Assembly (NCBI GenBank): GCA_963816275.1 | Contig: CAWFJU010000005.1 | Coordinates: forward strand, 297,636-361,635 | Direction: 5' to 3' | DNA: 64,000 nucleotides | Source of the DNA: an uncultured Actinomycetes bacterium | Lineage (GTDB): Bacteria; Actinomycetota; UBA4738; HRBIN12 | Shown: one piece after another, positions 63,507 through 64,000 of the stretch | Layout of the letters: each line of letters begins with the position of its first letter | Position numbering within the stretch: position 1 is the first letter of the stretch | Position numbers and translations under genes: made by a program | Notes under the pieces: model-generated | Seen by the model: only the letters and a program-made list of their open reading frames with translations | Told to the model about the DNA's origin: nothing | The model's database searches: none

Positions 63507-64000
63507 TCGCGCTGCCCGAGGGACTGACGGCCCGGCCCGCGACGATCGACGACCTCGACGCGGTGGTCGCCCTCGTGCGCGCCTGCGAGGAGCACGATTA
63601 CGGTCGCGCCGAGCTGGATCCGGAGGACCTGGTCGTGGACTGGGCGCGACCCGGCATGGACCTCGTCGTGATGAGCGTTGCCCTGTTCGAGGACGACGTG
63701 ATGGTGGCCGAGGCCGAGGCGTTCCAGGGGCGTGGCGAGGTGAACATCCACCCAGTTCATCGCGGTCGCGGCATCGGCACCGCGATCCTTCCGTGGCTCC
63801 ACGAGGTCGCGCGCTCCCAAGGGCCCACCCTCCGTCAGATCGCTCACGACACCGACACTGAGCGGCGTGGGTTCCTGCTCCATCACGGCTATCGCGAGAC
63901 CTTCACGTCATGGGTCCTCGCGATCTCGCTCGATGGCGGGATCGAGGCACCCGCGCTACCGCCTGGGTTCGCCTTCCGCGACTTCCGGCCCGGCGTTGAC
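63485..64000 (+). CDS. GNAT-family acetyltransferase (3' end beyond the window)
   Basis: Motif A HPVHRGRGIGTAILPWL. Overlaps the previous gene by 22 nt in another frame. Confidence 0.5.
   Translation, partial: MDAPLDLIALPEGLTARPATIDDLDAVVALVRACEEHDYGRAELDPEDLVVDWARPGMDLVVMSVALFEDDVMVAEAEAFQGRGEVNIHPVHRGRGIGTAILPWLHEVARSQGPTLRQIAHDTDTERRGFLLHHGYRETFTSWVLAISLDGGIEAPALPPGFAFRDFRPGVD

Noticed and set aside
1-64000. CRISPR arrays, IS elements, transposases, integrases or prophage genes
   Set aside because: I found no regularly spaced direct repeats, no DDE/HUH transposase or tyrosine/serine recombinase motifs, and no phage structural genes. The lower-GC patch at 49.5 kb is a single secreted-protein gene with a terminator, not a mobile element.

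Overview
This is a 64 kb high-GC (about 70% or more) chromosomal segment that looks like an Actinomycetota genome. Lineage evidence is WhiB, an Eis-like GNAT, ask/asd, a RipA-like NlpC/P60 protein, a PASTA-containing class A PBP, sigM-like ECF sigma with ZAS anti-sigma pairs, and SRP RNA-dnaX-recR synteny. I can support about 68 protein-coding loci, one tRNA-Pro(CGG), one SRP RNA and a few regulatory motifs. No CRISPR arrays, IS elements, integrases or rRNA are visible. Housekeeping genes that read through intact are rpsD, dnaX, recR, ask, asd, a fatty acyl-CoA reductase with a C-terminal HAD domain (FAR-HAD, 762 aa), NlpC/P60, two ECF sigma/anti-sigma pairs, YqeY and MazG. These alternate with two blocks (about 2.5-21.5 kb and 46.7-56 kb) in which nearly every gene is interrupted by one to more than eight frame changes. 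The broken genes include selA, selB, a nuoD-like gene, a PASTA PBP1A, sugar ABC transporter genes, a BNR-repeat glycosidase and a run of hydrolases. From sequence alone I cannot tell genuine pseudogenisation from indel-type assembly error. The loci I would look at first are: a lipid module (FAR-HAD, Zn-ADH, LarA-like, PlsC, TetR) with a palindromic operator; a tandem pair of secreted paralogs of unknown family; a nucleotidyltransferase gene inserted between ask and asd; and an SRP RNA that seems to carry an Alu-like 5' domain.
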